64,000 nucleotides of DNA from an uncultured Bacilli bacterium (GTDB lineage: Bacteria; Bacillota_I; Bacilli_A; RFN20; CAG-826): assembly GCA_944372115.1 (NCBI GenBank), contig CALVYH010000003.1:28172-92171 (forward strand). Reading direction: 5' to 3'. Positions within the stretch are counted from its first letter, which is position 1. Each line of letters opens with the position of its first letter. Below, piece after piece: positions 47,936 to 58,329 of this stretch. Position numbers and translations under genes: made by a program. The notes under the pieces are model-generated. The model ran no database searches. It worked only from the letters and a program-made list of their open reading frames with translations, and was not told the DNA's origin.

Positions 47936-49767
47936 TGCCACCAAGAGGAAGAATGGGTCATAATGAAAAACCAAAAGAATTTAAAAAGACCTTTAGAAAA
48001 ATGCTCAAAGATTTTGCAAATCAATGGCATTTAATACTTTTTATTGTTATTCTCGCAATTGGAAGCGCAATTTTGACTGTAGTTACTCCTAGCCTTTTAA
48101 GGAAAATATTAGATAATGCTCAAAACATGTTTACTGTAAATGAAGTTGAACTAACAGTTACAATTAAATGGGATATTTTCTTATCTAATTTTGGACTCTT
48201 GCTAGGATTATATGCAATTGCTGCTTTATTATCATGGTTAAGTGAATTTACTGCAGTTTCAGTAAGCGCTCGTTATTCCTATGATATGAGAGTAAAAATT
48301 CAAAATAAATTAGATAAATTACCACTTTCATATTTTGATAGAGTTCCTTATGGAGACACTTTATCAGTTGGAACTAATGATGTTGATAACATTTCAAGAA
48401 ACTTGCAATCAATTATTACTCAAATTTTCTCTGGAATTACACTTTTCTTTGGTTCCTTAATCGCAATGTTAATAATTGATTGGAGAATCGCTTTAGTTGC
48501 CTTTATTTCTCTTCCTTTATCTTTTGTATTTATTATCTTTATATCTGTATTCTCTGGAAAATTATTTACTAAATATAGAAAAGATTTAGGTGAATTAAAC
48601 GGAAAAATTGAAGAAACTTATGCTGGATATAAAATCATAAAATTATTTAATAAAGAAAAAGATGTTGAAGAATCATTTGAAAAAACTAACGTTTCAATGG
48701 AAAAAAGTGATCGTTATTCTCAATTTTTATCTGGTTTAATTTTTCCAACTACCTTCTTTGTTAATAATCTTTGTTATGTAGGAATCGCTGTTGTTGCTGG
48801 AATTGTTTCTACAGCTGGAACAATGATTTCTTTCTTCCTTTATTTAAATCTTTTCACTAGACCACTCCAACAAATTGGACAAATTGCAAATATTATTCAA
48901 TCAGTTGTCGCTAGTGGAGAAAGAATTTATTCTCTTTTAGAAGAAAATGAAGAAGTAAAAGATAATGAAAACGCTATAACTAGCGAAGAAAATATTAAAG
49001 GTATGTTTGATTTTGAACATGTTGATTTCTCTTATTCAAAAGATAAACCATTAATTGAAGATATGAATTTACATGTTAATGCTGGTGATATGATTGCTAT
49101 TGTTGGTCCTACTGGTGCTGGAAAAACAACTTTAGTTAATTTAATTATGAGATTCTATGAAATTAATTCTGGAACTATTAAACTTGATAATATTTCAACT
49201 AAAGAGTATACCAAAAACTGCTTAAGAGGATCTATTGGTATGGTTTTACAAGATACATGGTTATTTAAAGGAACAATAAAAGAAAATTTACTTTATGGTA
49301 ATCAAGATGCAACAAATGAAGAAATTATAGAAGCTTGTAAAGATGCTCATATTCATCACTTTATTGAAACTTTGCCTGGTGGATATAATTATATGTTAAA
49401 TGAAGACGGAAATAATATTTCTCAAGGTCAAAGACAACTTTTAACTATCGCTAGAGCAATTCTTTCTAAACCTAAAATCTTGATTTTAGATGAAGCTACT
49501 TCTTCTGTTGATACTCGTACCGAACAATTGATTCAAGATGCCTTAGATAATATTATGAAAGGAAGAACATCCTTTGTTATTGCGCACCGTTTATCAACAA
49601 TTAAAAATGCTAAAACTATAATTGTTATGAAAAAAGGTCATATTGTTGAAACTGGAAACCATCAAGAATTACTTGCTAAAAATGGTTTCTATGCTGAACT
49701 TTATAATTCTCAATTCTCCGGAATTAATCCAATGGCTAAAGAAGAAAATAGTGTATTAGAAAGTTAA
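47935..49767 (+). CDS. heterodimeric multidrug ABC exporter subunit (consensus Walker B half)
   Basis: TMD + NBD; GPTGAGKT, ISQGQRQ, ILDEATS, AHRLSTI. Confidence 0.93.
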   Translation: MPPRGRMGHNEKPKEFKKTFRKMLKDFANQWHLILFIVILAIGSAILTVVTPSLLRKILDNAQNMFTVNEVELTVTIKWDIFLSNFGLLLGLYAIAALLSWLSEFTAVSVSARYSYDMRVKIQNKLDKLPLSYFDRVPYGDTLSVGTNDVDNISRNLQSIITQIFSGITLFFGSLIAMLIIDWRIALVAFISLPLSFVFIIFISVFSGKLFTKYRKDLGELNGKIEETYAGYKIIKLFNKEKDVEESFEKTNVSMEKSDRYSQFLSGLIFPTTFFVNNLCYVGIAVVAGIVSTAGTMISFFLYLNLFTRPLQQIGQIANIIQSVVASGERIYSLLEENEEVKDNENAITSEENIKGMFDFEHVDFSYSKDKPLIEDMNLHVNAGDMIAIVGPTGAGKTTLVNLIMRFYEINSGTIKLDNISTKEYTKNCLRGSIGMVLQDTWLFKGTIKENLLYGNQDATNEEIIEACKDAHIHHFIETLPGGYNYMLNEDGNNISQGQRQLLTIARAILSKPKILILDEATSSVDTRTEQLIQDALDNIMKGRTSFVIAHRLSTIKNAKTIIVMKKGHIVETGNHQELLAKNGFYAELYNSQFSGINPMAKEENSVLES

Positions 49768-49782
49768 TTCTATTTATTTAAA

Positions 49783-49824
49783 ATTAAAAAGCGCTGAAAT
49801 AAATAAAATCAGCGCTTTTTTAAT
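49783..49824. terminator. bidirectional intrinsic terminator
   Basis: AAAAAGCGCTGA...TCAGCGCTTTTT between convergent genes. Confidence 0.8.
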
Positions 49825-49831
49825 ATATAAA

Positions 49832-50389
49832 TTAATAAACTATTCCTTGTTTATTACTTCTTTTAGCGATAAAAGAAACGCTATCCACTTCTCCTCTTTT
49901 ATCAAAAATTACATTAATATTATTTTTTTCTAAATTGATGTAATTTATTTTTTCTTCTCTTAATGAAAAATTAAAATCTAACATTGTGTTTTTAAATTCA
50001 TTAATTGATGAATTAACTGTTAAATTATAAAAACTAACATTTTCATCGCTTATATATAAACTTATAACATGTTTATCTTTTGATGATAAATCTGGATAAT
50101 TATCAATCGTATAAATAACTGTTTTTAAAGGAGTAATAACATATCCATTTTCATCATAATAAAATTCACCATATTTTTTTAAATAATAATTTGGACTACA
50201 TCCAAAACAAAAAGAATCTATATAAGAAAAATACTTATTCAAATCTATATTGTCATCAATTTTATCAAGAAACCAAAATTCCTCGTTCCAATCTTTTGGT
50301 CTTTTTAAAGGATTTTTTATATTACAACTCGTTAAAGATATAAAAATTGAAGAAAATAAAAACAGTAATTTAAATAAATATTTTTTCAT
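49832..50389 (-). CDS. hypothetical lipoprotein
   Basis: MKK + hydrophobic core + LTS-C lipobox; GAGG RBS. Confidence 0.7.
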   Translation of the reverse strand: MKKYLFKLLFLFSSIFISLTSCNIKNPLKRPKDWNEEFWFLDKIDDNIDLNKYFSYIDSFCFGCSPNYYLKKYGEFYYDENGYVITPLKTVIYTIDNYPDLSSKDKHVISLYISDENVSFYNLTVNSSINEFKNTMLDFNFSLREEKINYINLEKNNINVIFDKRGEVDSVSFIAKRSNKQGIVY

Positions 50390-50438
50390 ATTTTAACCTC
50401 TTATTTATTAAGATAATTAAAAATGGAAAATGGTGCAT

Positions 50439-52004
50439 TTATTTTATACTTCCTTCGTTATTTTTTTCTAAATAATCAGATAAGGAAGAATATGTTTTTT
50501 TAAGTTGAGGATAAATAGTTGAATAAACTTTTTTATAAAGATAAGAATATTTATCACTATCAATCTTGTTTGGTTTAAAAATTTTATCGTATTTTATCAT
50601 TGATTTTTTAGCATCATTAACGCCTTCAAAAACTTTTAATGAAATAAATTGTGACATCGCACAGCCTAAAGATGATGCTTCATAATTACGAGGTTTATAA
50701 ACAGGGATATTTAAAATATCTGCTGTAATCTGACATATGGCATCAGATTTTGAACCTCCGCCACTAATTGTTACATATTTACATTTTTGATGGCTTCTTT
50801 TTTGAATTGAAATGAGCCCTTCTTTTAAAGCATACCCAAGACCTTCGATAATTGCCCTATAAATATGGTATTTTGTATGAACATCGTCATAAAAACCTAT
50901 CATTGAGCCTTTTCCTAAAGGTTTATCAAGTTGAGGTCCCCAGTATGGTTGAACAACAAGACCATTGCTTCCTGGAGGTACATCTAAAATTTTTTGATTT
51001 AATAATTCTTCAGGGGCAATTTTTTCAATCTCAGCTTCATTAACTTCTTCTTTTGCAAATTCTTTAGAAAACCATGTTAACATCCATGCTCCTCTATATA
51101 TTTGGACTTCACCATTATAATAACCAGGATAAGCACTAATATATGAAGGTAAAAAATGAATTGGTTCAAAATATTTTTTACTAGTCATTGCAATTGAACA
51201 GCTTGTTCCAAAACTTGCATGAGCACTAAATGGTTCAATAGCTCCAGCTCCAAGCGCCTCACAACTTTTATCATTTCCAGTTCCAATATATGCTAATCCT
51301 TCAGGAAAACCAGTTTCCACGTGGCAATTTTCTGTTATTTTTCCTATCTCTTGACCTACAGAAAAAATCTTTGGAAGCATTTTTGGATCAATTCCATAAA
51401 TAATTCCTTTTAAATTATTTTTTCCATAAGGTTTTCCAGTTTTAAAACAAATAGGAGCGTGACCAATCATATTAGATGCACTATCACCCAAAACGCCCAA
51501 CATACGATAATTTAAATATGAATTTAAAGGTGCATAATATCTTGTTTTTGCCCAATTATCTTTTTCATTTTCTTGGATCCATAAAGCAGGGGTTCTTTTT
51601 CGATTTAAAATTACTGTTTCACTCATTCCAACAATCCAAAAAGCGAGTGAATAAATTAAAGGAATTTTCTTTTCAAGTTTGGCTTTTCTTTGATCTAACC
51701 AGATAATTGTAGGTCTTATTGGTTTAAAATCTTTGTCTAAAAGAACATAAGTATCTCTAAAACAAGTTGAGGAAATTGAAGAACATTGATTAACTAAATT
51801 TTTATTTTTTCTAACTAATCTTTTAGCTGCTTTACACATCATATCATAGTAATAATCAGCATTTTGTTCGCAATATCCTGGCTTAATTGAAAAGTATGAA
51901 GGGTTATATTTTTCTTGTTCAAAAGCGAGAAATTCACCCTTATCATTTATAACAGAAACCCTTACAGATTGAGTTCCGTAATCAATACATAAAACACAAC
52001 TCAT
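50439..52004 (-). CDS. FGGY-family carbohydrate kinase
   Basis: IDYGTQSVR, IIWLDQR, GNDKSCEALG, SFGT, RAIIEG, SGGGSKS. Confidence 0.9.
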   Translation of the reverse strand: MSCVLCIDYGTQSVRVSVINDKGEFLAFEQEKYNPSYFSIKPGYCEQNADYYYDMMCKAAKRLVRKNKNLVNQCSSISSTCFRDTYVLLDKDFKPIRPTIIWLDQRKAKLEKKIPLIYSLAFWIVGMSETVILNRKRTPALWIQENEKDNWAKTRYYAPLNSYLNYRMLGVLGDSASNMIGHAPICFKTGKPYGKNNLKGIIYGIDPKMLPKIFSVGQEIGKITENCHVETGFPEGLAYIGTGNDKSCEALGAGAIEPFSAHASFGTSCSIAMTSKKYFEPIHFLPSYISAYPGYYNGEVQIYRGAWMLTWFSKEFAKEEVNEAEIEKIAPEELLNQKILDVPPGSNGLVVQPYWGPQLDKPLGKGSMIGFYDDVHTKYHIYRAIIEGLGYALKEGLISIQKRSHQKCKYVTISGGGSKSDAICQITADILNIPVYKPRNYEASSLGCAMSQFISLKVFEGVNDAKKSMIKYDKIFKPNKIDSDKYSYLYKKVYSTIYPQLKKTYSSLSDYLEKNNEGSIK

Positions 52005-52114
52005 AATGAATTATTATATTCTTTTTGATATTTATATCAAATTGGTTTTAAAAATGTTATAATCTCGGCGTAAGGTTTTGAACCAAACATTTTTTTAGGA
52101 GGAAATATAGAAAA

Positions 52115-54772
52115 ATGGCAAAACAATATGTTTACCTTTTTAAAGATGCACATGGCTTAGGTAAAGAACTCTTAGGTGGAAAAGGTGCAGGTCTTGCTGA
52201 AATGACCTACATTGGAGTACCAATCCCACAAGGTTTCACAATTACAACTGAAGCTTGTACTCTTTATTATCAAAGTAATAAAACAATGCCTGATTATTTA
52301 ATCGCTCAAATCGATGAAGGAATTAGAGATGTTGAAAAAGAATCAGGAAAATCATTTGGTGGTATCGATCCAACAAAAATGCCTTTACTTGTCTCAGTCC
52401 GTTCCGGTGCTAGAGTTTCAATGCCAGGTATGATGGATACAATCTTAAACTTAGGTTTAAATGATACTTCTGTCGAATTATTAGCAAAAGCTAGTGGAAA
52501 TGAAAGATTTGCTTACGATTCATATCGTAGATTTATCTTAATGTTCACAAACATTGCTAAAGGTCATCCAAGAACTAACATGGACAAAATGTTAGAAGAA
52601 TTAAAAACATCAAAAGGATACAAACTCGATAGTGATGTCCCAGCAGAAGATTTAAAAGAATTAGTTAAAAAATATAAACAATACTACCATGATACATTCG
52701 GTGAAGATTTCCCAAGTGATCCATATGTTCAATTACACGAAGCAGTTACAGCTGTCTTTAGATCATGGGATAACGATAGAGCAAACGTTTATCGTAAGAT
52801 GAATGGTATTCCTTATGAATGGGGTACTGCAGTCAACGTTCAATCAATGGTCTTCGGTAACTTAAATGAAAATTCCGGTACAGGTGTTGCTTTCTCAAGA
52901 GACCCATCTACTGGTAAAAAAGAAATCTATGCTGAATATTTACCATGCGCTCAAGGTGAAGACGTTGTTGCTGGTATTAGAACACCAATGCATATCGATG
53001 AATTAAAGAAGAGAATGCCAGATGTTTATGAACAATTCGCAAAAACAATTAAACAAATGGAAGCTCACTATAAAGATATGCAAGATATGGAATATACCGT
53101 TGAAAACGGAAAACTCTATTTCTTACAAACAAGAAATGGTAAGAGAACCGCTCAAGCTTCATTACAAATCGCATTCGACTTATTAGATGAAGGCGTTATT
53201 GATGAAGAAACAGCAGTTTGCAGAATCGAACCACAATTATTAGATTCTCTCTTACACCCAACATTCGATAAGGATGATTTAAAAGCTCATTCTCCAGTTG
53301 CTGCAGGTAACCCAGCATCTCCAGGTGCAGGTGTTGGTAAAATTGCTTTCGATGCTAAAGAGGCTGAAGAAAGACACGCAAATGGTGAAAAAGTTGTCTT
53401 AGTTAGAGCAGAAACATCTCCAGAAGATATTGAAGGTATGGTCGCAGCTGAAGGTATTTTAACTATGAGAGGCGGTATGACTTCTCACGCAGCTGTTGTC
53501 GCTAGAGGTATGGGTAAATGCTGTATCACTGGTTGTAGTGCTGCTATCGTTGATGAAGAAAATAGAACTCTTACAATCAATGGTAAAGTTTATACAGATA
53601 AAGATACAATCTCTCTCAATGGTTCAACAGGTGATGTTTATGAAGGTGCACTTAAACTCGTCGAAGCAGATACATCATCAGGTAACTTCGGTAGATTAAT
53701 GACCTTAGCTAACAAATATAAGAGATTATCAATTAGAACAAATGCTGATACTCCACGTGATGCTCTCCAAGCAGCTAAATTCGGTGCAGAAGGTATTGGT
53801 CTTTGTAGAACAGAACATATGTTCTTCGATAAAGATAGAATCTTCCATATGAGAAAAATGATTCTTTCTGACACAGTCGAAGAAAGAGAAGCAGCTTTAG
53901 CAGAACTTCTCCCATATCAAAGAGATGACTTCTATGGATTATATATGTCCATGAAAGATTTAAAAGAAATCAATGTTAACATTAGATTACTTGACCCACC
54001 TCTCCACGAATTCTTACCACAAGAAGAAGATAAGATTGAAGAATTAGCAAAAGCATTAAATAAAACTGTCCAAGAAATTAAAGATAGAATTGCTTACTTA
54101 CACGAATTCAACCCAATGATGGGTCATAGAGGATGTAGATTAGACGTCTCTTATCCAGAAATTGGTAGAATGCAAGCAAGAGCTATTATGGAAGCAGCTA
54201 TTAAAGCTAGTGAAGAATTAAAACGTGATATCCAACCAGAAATCATGATTCCATTAACTCTCGATCTTAAAGAATTCAAATTCGTTAAGAAAGTTATTTG
54301 TGATGAAGCTGATAAAGTTTTAGCAGAACATAATTCTCACTTACATTACCATGTCGGTACAATGATTGAAATTCCACGTGCTGCATTACTTTCAGGAGAA
54401 ATCGCAAGTGAAGCTGAATTCTATTCATTTGGTACTAACGACTTAACACAAATGACATTTGGTTTCTCAAGAGATGATGCTTCTAAATTCTTACCAGATT
54501 ACTATAGTAATAAGATCTTAGAATTTGATCCATTCCAAACTGTCGACCAAAAAGGTGTTGGTAAATTAATTAAAATGGCTGTAAAAGATGGTAAAGAAAC
54601 ACGTCCTAACCTCTTAACTGGTGTTTGTGGCGAACACGGTGGTGATCCAAGAAGTATTGAATTCTTCAATAGAGTTGGATTAGACTATGTCTCATGTTCT
54701 CCATTTAGAGTCCCAATTGCAAGACTCGCAGCAGCTCAAGCTGAAATCTTACTTAAAAAAGAAGGTAAATAA
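52115..54772 (+). CDS. ppdK: pyruvate, phosphate dikinase
   Basis: LGGKGA, LVSVRSGA, GGMTSHAAVVARG, GLCRTEHM, SFGTNDL, CGEHGG. Confidence 0.98.
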   Translation: MAKQYVYLFKDAHGLGKELLGGKGAGLAEMTYIGVPIPQGFTITTEACTLYYQSNKTMPDYLIAQIDEGIRDVEKESGKSFGGIDPTKMPLLVSVRSGARVSMPGMMDTILNLGLNDTSVELLAKASGNERFAYDSYRRFILMFTNIAKGHPRTNMDKMLEELKTSKGYKLDSDVPAEDLKELVKKYKQYYHDTFGEDFPSDPYVQLHEAVTAVFRSWDNDRANVYRKMNGIPYEWGTAVNVQSMVFGNLNENSGTGVAFSRDPSTGKKEIYAEYLPCAQGEDVVAGIRTPMHIDELKKRMPDVYEQFAKTIKQMEAHYKDMQDMEYTVENGKLYFLQTRNGKRTAQASLQIAFDLLDEGVIDEETAVCRIEPQLLDSLLHPTFDKDDLKAHSPVAAGNPASPGAGVGKIAFDAKEAEERHANGEKVVLVRAETSPEDIEGMVAAEGILTMRGGMTSHAAVVARGMGKCCITGCSAAIVDEENRTLTINGKVYTDKDTISLNGSTGDVYEGALKLVEADTSSGNFGRLMTLANKYKRLSIRTNADTPRDALQAAKFGAEGIGLCRTEHMFFDKDRIFHMRKMILSDTVEEREAALAELLPYQRDDFYGLYMSMKDLKEINVNIRLLDPPLHEFLPQEEDKIEELAKALNKTVQEIKDRIAYLHEFNPMMGHRGCRLDVSYPEIGRMQARAIMEAAIKASEELKRDIQPEIMIPLTLDLKEFKFVKKVICDEADKVLAEHNSHLHYHVGTMIEIPRAALLSGEIASEAEFYSFGTNDLTQMTFGFSRDDASKFLPDYYSNKILEFDPFQTVDQKGVGKLIKMAVKDGKETRPNLLTGVCGEHGGDPRSIEFFNRVGLDYVSCSPFRVPIARLAAAQAEILLKKEGK

Positions 54773-54806
54773 TTAGGTTTATCTTTAAATAAATAAGATA
54801 CATATT

Positions 54807-54838
54807 AAAGAGACTAACAAATATGGTTAGTCTCTTTT
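54807..54838 (+). terminator. intrinsic terminator of ppdK
   Basis: AAAGAGACTAAC-loop-GTTAGTCTCTTTT. Confidence 0.8.
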
Positions 54839-54890
54839 AATTTATATATTTTATCTTTATAATTTATTAATAAAGGTAAGGTAAAATCAT

Positions 54891-55304
54891 ATGAAATATT
54901 GCGTTGAATGCGGAAGAAAACTTGAAGATGATGCTAAATTTTGTCCTAGTTGTGGAAAAAAACAACCTTCTTTAGATGAATCAATTAATAATAATGAAGA
55001 TAATAACAATAATAATAGTTATAGTGAGGTAATTGATGTTAAAGAAGATAATGTAGCTATTTTAAATAATAATATTCAAGAAAACGAATATGGAAAAACT
55101 AGTTTAGTTTTAGGTATTTTATCAATCGTTTTCTCTTTACTTCTTATTTCTTCACCTATTGGATTAATTTTAGGTATTATTGGTTTATTAACATCTAAAA
55201 ATGGTAAATATAAATCACTTAACGCGATAGGTATAATTATTTTCCTTGTTATTGCAATTATTTTATTAATTGTTCTTATAATAGGATATATTGTTAGTAT
55301 TTAA
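54891..55304 (+). CDS. zinc-ribbon-domain membrane protein
   Basis: YCVECG...FCPSCG, Asn-rich linker, SLVLGILS...GLILGIIG TM segments (DUF4190-like). Confidence 0.8.
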   Translation: MKYCVECGRKLEDDAKFCPSCGKKQPSLDESINNNEDNNNNNSYSEVIDVKEDNVAILNNNIQENEYGKTSLVLGILSIVFSLLLISSPIGLILGIIGLLTSKNGKYKSLNAIGIIIFLVIAIILLIVLIIGYIVSI

Positions 55305-55305
55305 T

Positions 55306-55335
55306 AAAAAATGTCGAATTTAATCGACATTTTTT
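55306..55335. terminator. bidirectional intrinsic terminator
   Basis: AAAAAATGTCGA-ATTTAA-TCGACATTTTTT. Confidence 0.8.
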
Positions 55336-56186
55336 TATTTTATGAGTTTAGTTAATTCAGTATGATATCCTTTAAAATATAATTCTTTTTCAGCTTTTCT
55401 TAAAAGTTTTACATTAGTAGAAAGTGCAAAAATTGTTGAACCACTTCCACTCATAGATATGACTTCAAAACCATATTTTTTTACATCGTTATAAGTATTT
55501 ATAATCTTTTCTTGTAATGATGAAGCTGGTTTATATAAAGAATTAAACACATTTTGACCTAAAGTAATTAAGTTTTCTTCTAAAAATAATTTTAAAACTT
55601 CATTTAAATTACCTTTAATTAAATCGTGTTTATCGGCTTCTTCAAATACTTGTTGAGTTGATGAGCCATAAATTGATTTAACAAGTAAAACATAATAATT
55701 TTTAGGAATTTCTATAAAGGTGAGTTTATCTCCTCTTCCTTTTACAATTGCTGGTTTATTATAAAATTGAACAAGAACATCACTTCCAATTGAATTACAT
55801 ATTTCTTTAATCTCTTCTTCAGTAGGTTTAAGTTTAAAAAGACGAATTATACCTCTAAAAGCAGCGGCAGCATCAGCACTTCCTCCACCAAGTCCAGCCT
55901 GAAGAAAAATATTTTTATGTATTTCTATACTTAAATGTTCATTAAATTTCCATTTATTTCTACAAACATCAATCATTTTATGAACAAGGTTATATTTTGA
56001 AATTTTAAGTGAAAAATCATCACATACAACAAAATCATCTGGAGTAGTTTTAGGTAATAAAGAGATAACTAAAGTATCATGAAGTTCAATTGGAAGAACA
56101 ATCGATTCAATATCATGGTATCCATCTTCTCTTAATCCTAAACAATTAAGAGAAAGATTAATTTTGGCGTTTGCTTTTTCTATCAT
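55335..56186 (-). CDS. ispE: 4-diphosphocytidyl-2-C-methyl-D-erythritol kinase
   Basis: AKINLSL...DGYH, AGLGGGSADAA, GSDV, MSGSG. Confidence 0.95.
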   Translation of the reverse strand: MIEKANAKINLSLNCLGLREDGYHDIESIVLPIELHDTLVISLLPKTTPDDFVVCDDFSLKISKYNLVHKMIDVCRNKWKFNEHLSIEIHKNIFLQAGLGGGSADAAAAFRGIIRLFKLKPTEEEIKEICNSIGSDVLVQFYNKPAIVKGRGDKLTFIEIPKNYYVLLVKSIYGSSTQQVFEEADKHDLIKGNLNEVLKLFLEENLITLGQNVFNSLYKPASSLQEKIINTYNDVKKYGFEVISMSGSGSTIFALSTNVKLLRKAEKELYFKGYHTELTKLIK

Positions 56187-56196
56187 ATCGAAATAA

Positions 56197-57021
56197 TTAT
56201 AATGAAATTATATTAAGTTTCAACAATTCTTTAGTTAAATTTGTAAAATCATTTACACTTAATTCTTCTGCTCTCATATTTTCTTTTAAAGATACACTAT
56301 TTAAGACATTTTTAATTATATTTTCATCGTTTATAATTGTTTTTAAATTGTTATAAATTGTTTTTCTTCTTAATTTAAAAAGTGTTTTTGAAACCTTTAA
56401 TAAAGATAAATTAAACTTTTGATCATTATTTTCTTTTCTAACAATTTTAAAAACAATCGAATCAACATTTGGCATTGGAAAAAATGAATTTTTACTTACT
56501 AAAAATAATTTTTTAACATCATATCCATAATTAATCATTATATTTAAAGCATTATAATCTTTTCCTTTTAAAGAGAGTAATCTATTCAAGGCTTCGTTTT
56601 GAACCATAAATACTCCTTCTTTAAAATTATAAAAATCTTTTAAAATATGTTCGATTATTTCAGTCGTTATATAATAAGGTAAATTACCAATCAATTTAGA
56701 AAACGAATAGTCTTTATAGGTTAAAAAATTACCTTTAATAACGGTTAAATTCGTATTTTTTGAATAACAATTATTTAGAAAATTAACAAATTTTTGATCA
56801 TATTCAACTACAGTTAAATTAATATTTTTTGCTAATAATTCACTTGTTAAAGCTCCTAAACCTGGGCCAATTTCTAAAATATTTTCGTTATCATTTATAG
56901 ATAAAGAATTAACAATTTCAGTAATAATTTTTTGATCAATTAAGAAATTTTGACCTAATTCTTTTTTTGCATGAGAAAATTCAAGTTCAAAAAAATCTTT
57001 TATTTCTTCTTTATTCAACAT
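56197..57021 (-). CDS. rsmA: 16S rRNA adenine dimethyltransferase (KsgA)
   Basis: KKELGQNFL, LEIGPGLGALT, GNLPYYIT, RRKTI. Confidence 0.96.
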   Translation of the reverse strand: MLNKEEIKDFFELEFSHAKKELGQNFLIDQKIITEIVNSLSINDNENILEIGPGLGALTSELLAKNINLTVVEYDQKFVNFLNNCYSKNTNLTVIKGNFLTYKDYSFSKLIGNLPYYITTEIIEHILKDFYNFKEGVFMVQNEALNRLLSLKGKDYNALNIMINYGYDVKKLFLVSKNSFFPMPNVDSIVFKIVRKENNDQKFNLSLLKVSKTLFKLRRKTIYNNLKTIINDENIIKNVLNSVSLKENMRAEELSVNDFTNLTKELLKLNIISL

Positions 57022-57553
57022 TTTTAATTACCTCCAAAATTTCTTCCTTACTTATATTAAGCATATTTAATCGTTTTAAAAATGTTTTTGAATTAGTAAA
57101 TCCTAAATGAAAATATTCAGAAATATATTTTCTTTTTTTAAAAGCATCATCATTCCCACTTAACCCTAATTCAAATAAATCATAACTAGTTACATTTCCT
57201 TTGTTAAGTTCATCAAATTTTTGAGCATTTTTTAAAGCAGATAATATTTCTTCTTTTGTTGATTCAGCTACTCCTACTTTATTATGTTTAATTGAAACTT
57301 CTTTTCTAACAAAAGAGTTTAAAACACCTTTACAATGTTCGTTTATTTTATTTCTAATTTGAATCCCAGGAAAATCAGGGTCAGTTAAAACAATTACATT
57401 TCCACGTGAAAGATAATTGTTGATGAAATTATAGTCTTTTTTACATACTGATGACCCATTCACTGAATAAAAATCACTGTCAATAAAAGACGATAAAAAA
57501 TCTATATCGGTTTTTCCTTCTACCACTATTAATGCATTAATTTTTGTCTTCAT
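57011..57553 (-). CDS. rnmV: ribonuclease M5 (Toprim)
   Basis: IVVEGKTD, LTDPDFPG, VGVAE, FLKRLN; between tatD and rsmA. Confidence 0.92.
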   Translation of the reverse strand: MKTKINALIVVEGKTDIDFLSSFIDSDFYSVNGSSVCKKDYNFINNYLSRGNVIVLTDPDFPGIQIRNKINEHCKGVLNSFVRKEVSIKHNKVGVAESTKEEILSALKNAQKFDELNKGNVTSYDLFELGLSGNDDAFKKRKYISEYFHLGFTNSKTFLKRLNMLNISKEEILEVIKNVE

Positions 57554-58328
57554 TTCTTTCCACGTGAAAAATTCTTAATGAATTTTTATATATTTTGTTT
57601 TCGAAAACGTTTAAATCCATATTTAATAAATGACTAGCAAAAATTGCTATATTTTTTATATATTTAGGCTCATTTAACTTGCCTCTATAAGGCATAGGAG
57701 CTAAATATGGGGCATCAGTTTCTAAAACTACATCATCTATAGATATAGAAGTTAAAACTTGTTTGGTAGTTATACTATTTTTAAAAGTTAAAACCCCTCC
57801 AAAAGCAATTTTATATCCTAATTTTATAAACTCTTTAGCCATTTCTAAACTTCCAGAATAACAATGCATTACTCCTTTTTCTTTTACAGGGTGAGTTTTT
57901 AAAATGTTAAAGGTATCTTGTATTGAATCTCTACAATGAATTGAAACAGGTAAATCATACTTATTTGCTAACTCAATATGTCTTATAAACATATCTTTTT
58001 GTTTTTCTTTAATCTCTGTTTCTTTTTCCCGATAATAATCAAGTCCCGTTTCACCGATTGCTATGATTTTATTAGATATTTTTAACAAATCCTCAAGTTT
58101 ATTAAAATTTTTATCATTAAATGATTTATGTTCGGTTGGCATAATGGCAATAGCAGCATAAATTTCATCATATTTATCAGCTAATTCGAAAGCTTTTTTT
58201 GAAGATTCATAGTCCCAACCAACACATAAAAATTTATCAATTCCGTTTTCTTTAGCTTCTTTTAAATAAAAATCTATTTTTTCTAATAATCTTGGTTCAT
58301 TTAAATGGATGTGAGTATCAAAAATCAT
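57537..58328 (-). CDS. tatD: TatD-family DNase
   Basis: DTHIHL, GETGLDYY, IHCRD, MHCYSG, ETDAPY. Confidence 0.94.
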   Translation of the reverse strand: MIFDTHIHLNEPRLLEKIDFYLKEAKENGIDKFLCVGWDYESSKKAFELADKYDEIYAAIAIMPTEHKSFNDKNFNKLEDLLKISNKIIAIGETGLDYYREKETEIKEKQKDMFIRHIELANKYDLPVSIHCRDSIQDTFNILKTHPVKEKGVMHCYSGSLEMAKEFIKLGYKIAFGGVLTFKNSITTKQVLTSISIDDVVLETDAPYLAPMPYRGKLNEPKYIKNIAIFASHLLNMDLNVFENKIYKNSLRIFHVERNEDKN

Positions 58329-58329
58329 A

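Noticed and set aside
53750-54385. CCACGTG matches inside ppdK (about 53753 and 54374) as extra parS-like sites
   Set aside because: The flanks lack the TTT/AAA arms, and the matches are explained by Pro-Arg codons (CCA CGT).
54985-55020. AAT/AAC trinucleotide run
   Set aside because: It is an Asn-rich low-complexity linker within the zinc-ribbon protein, not a contingency locus I can support.
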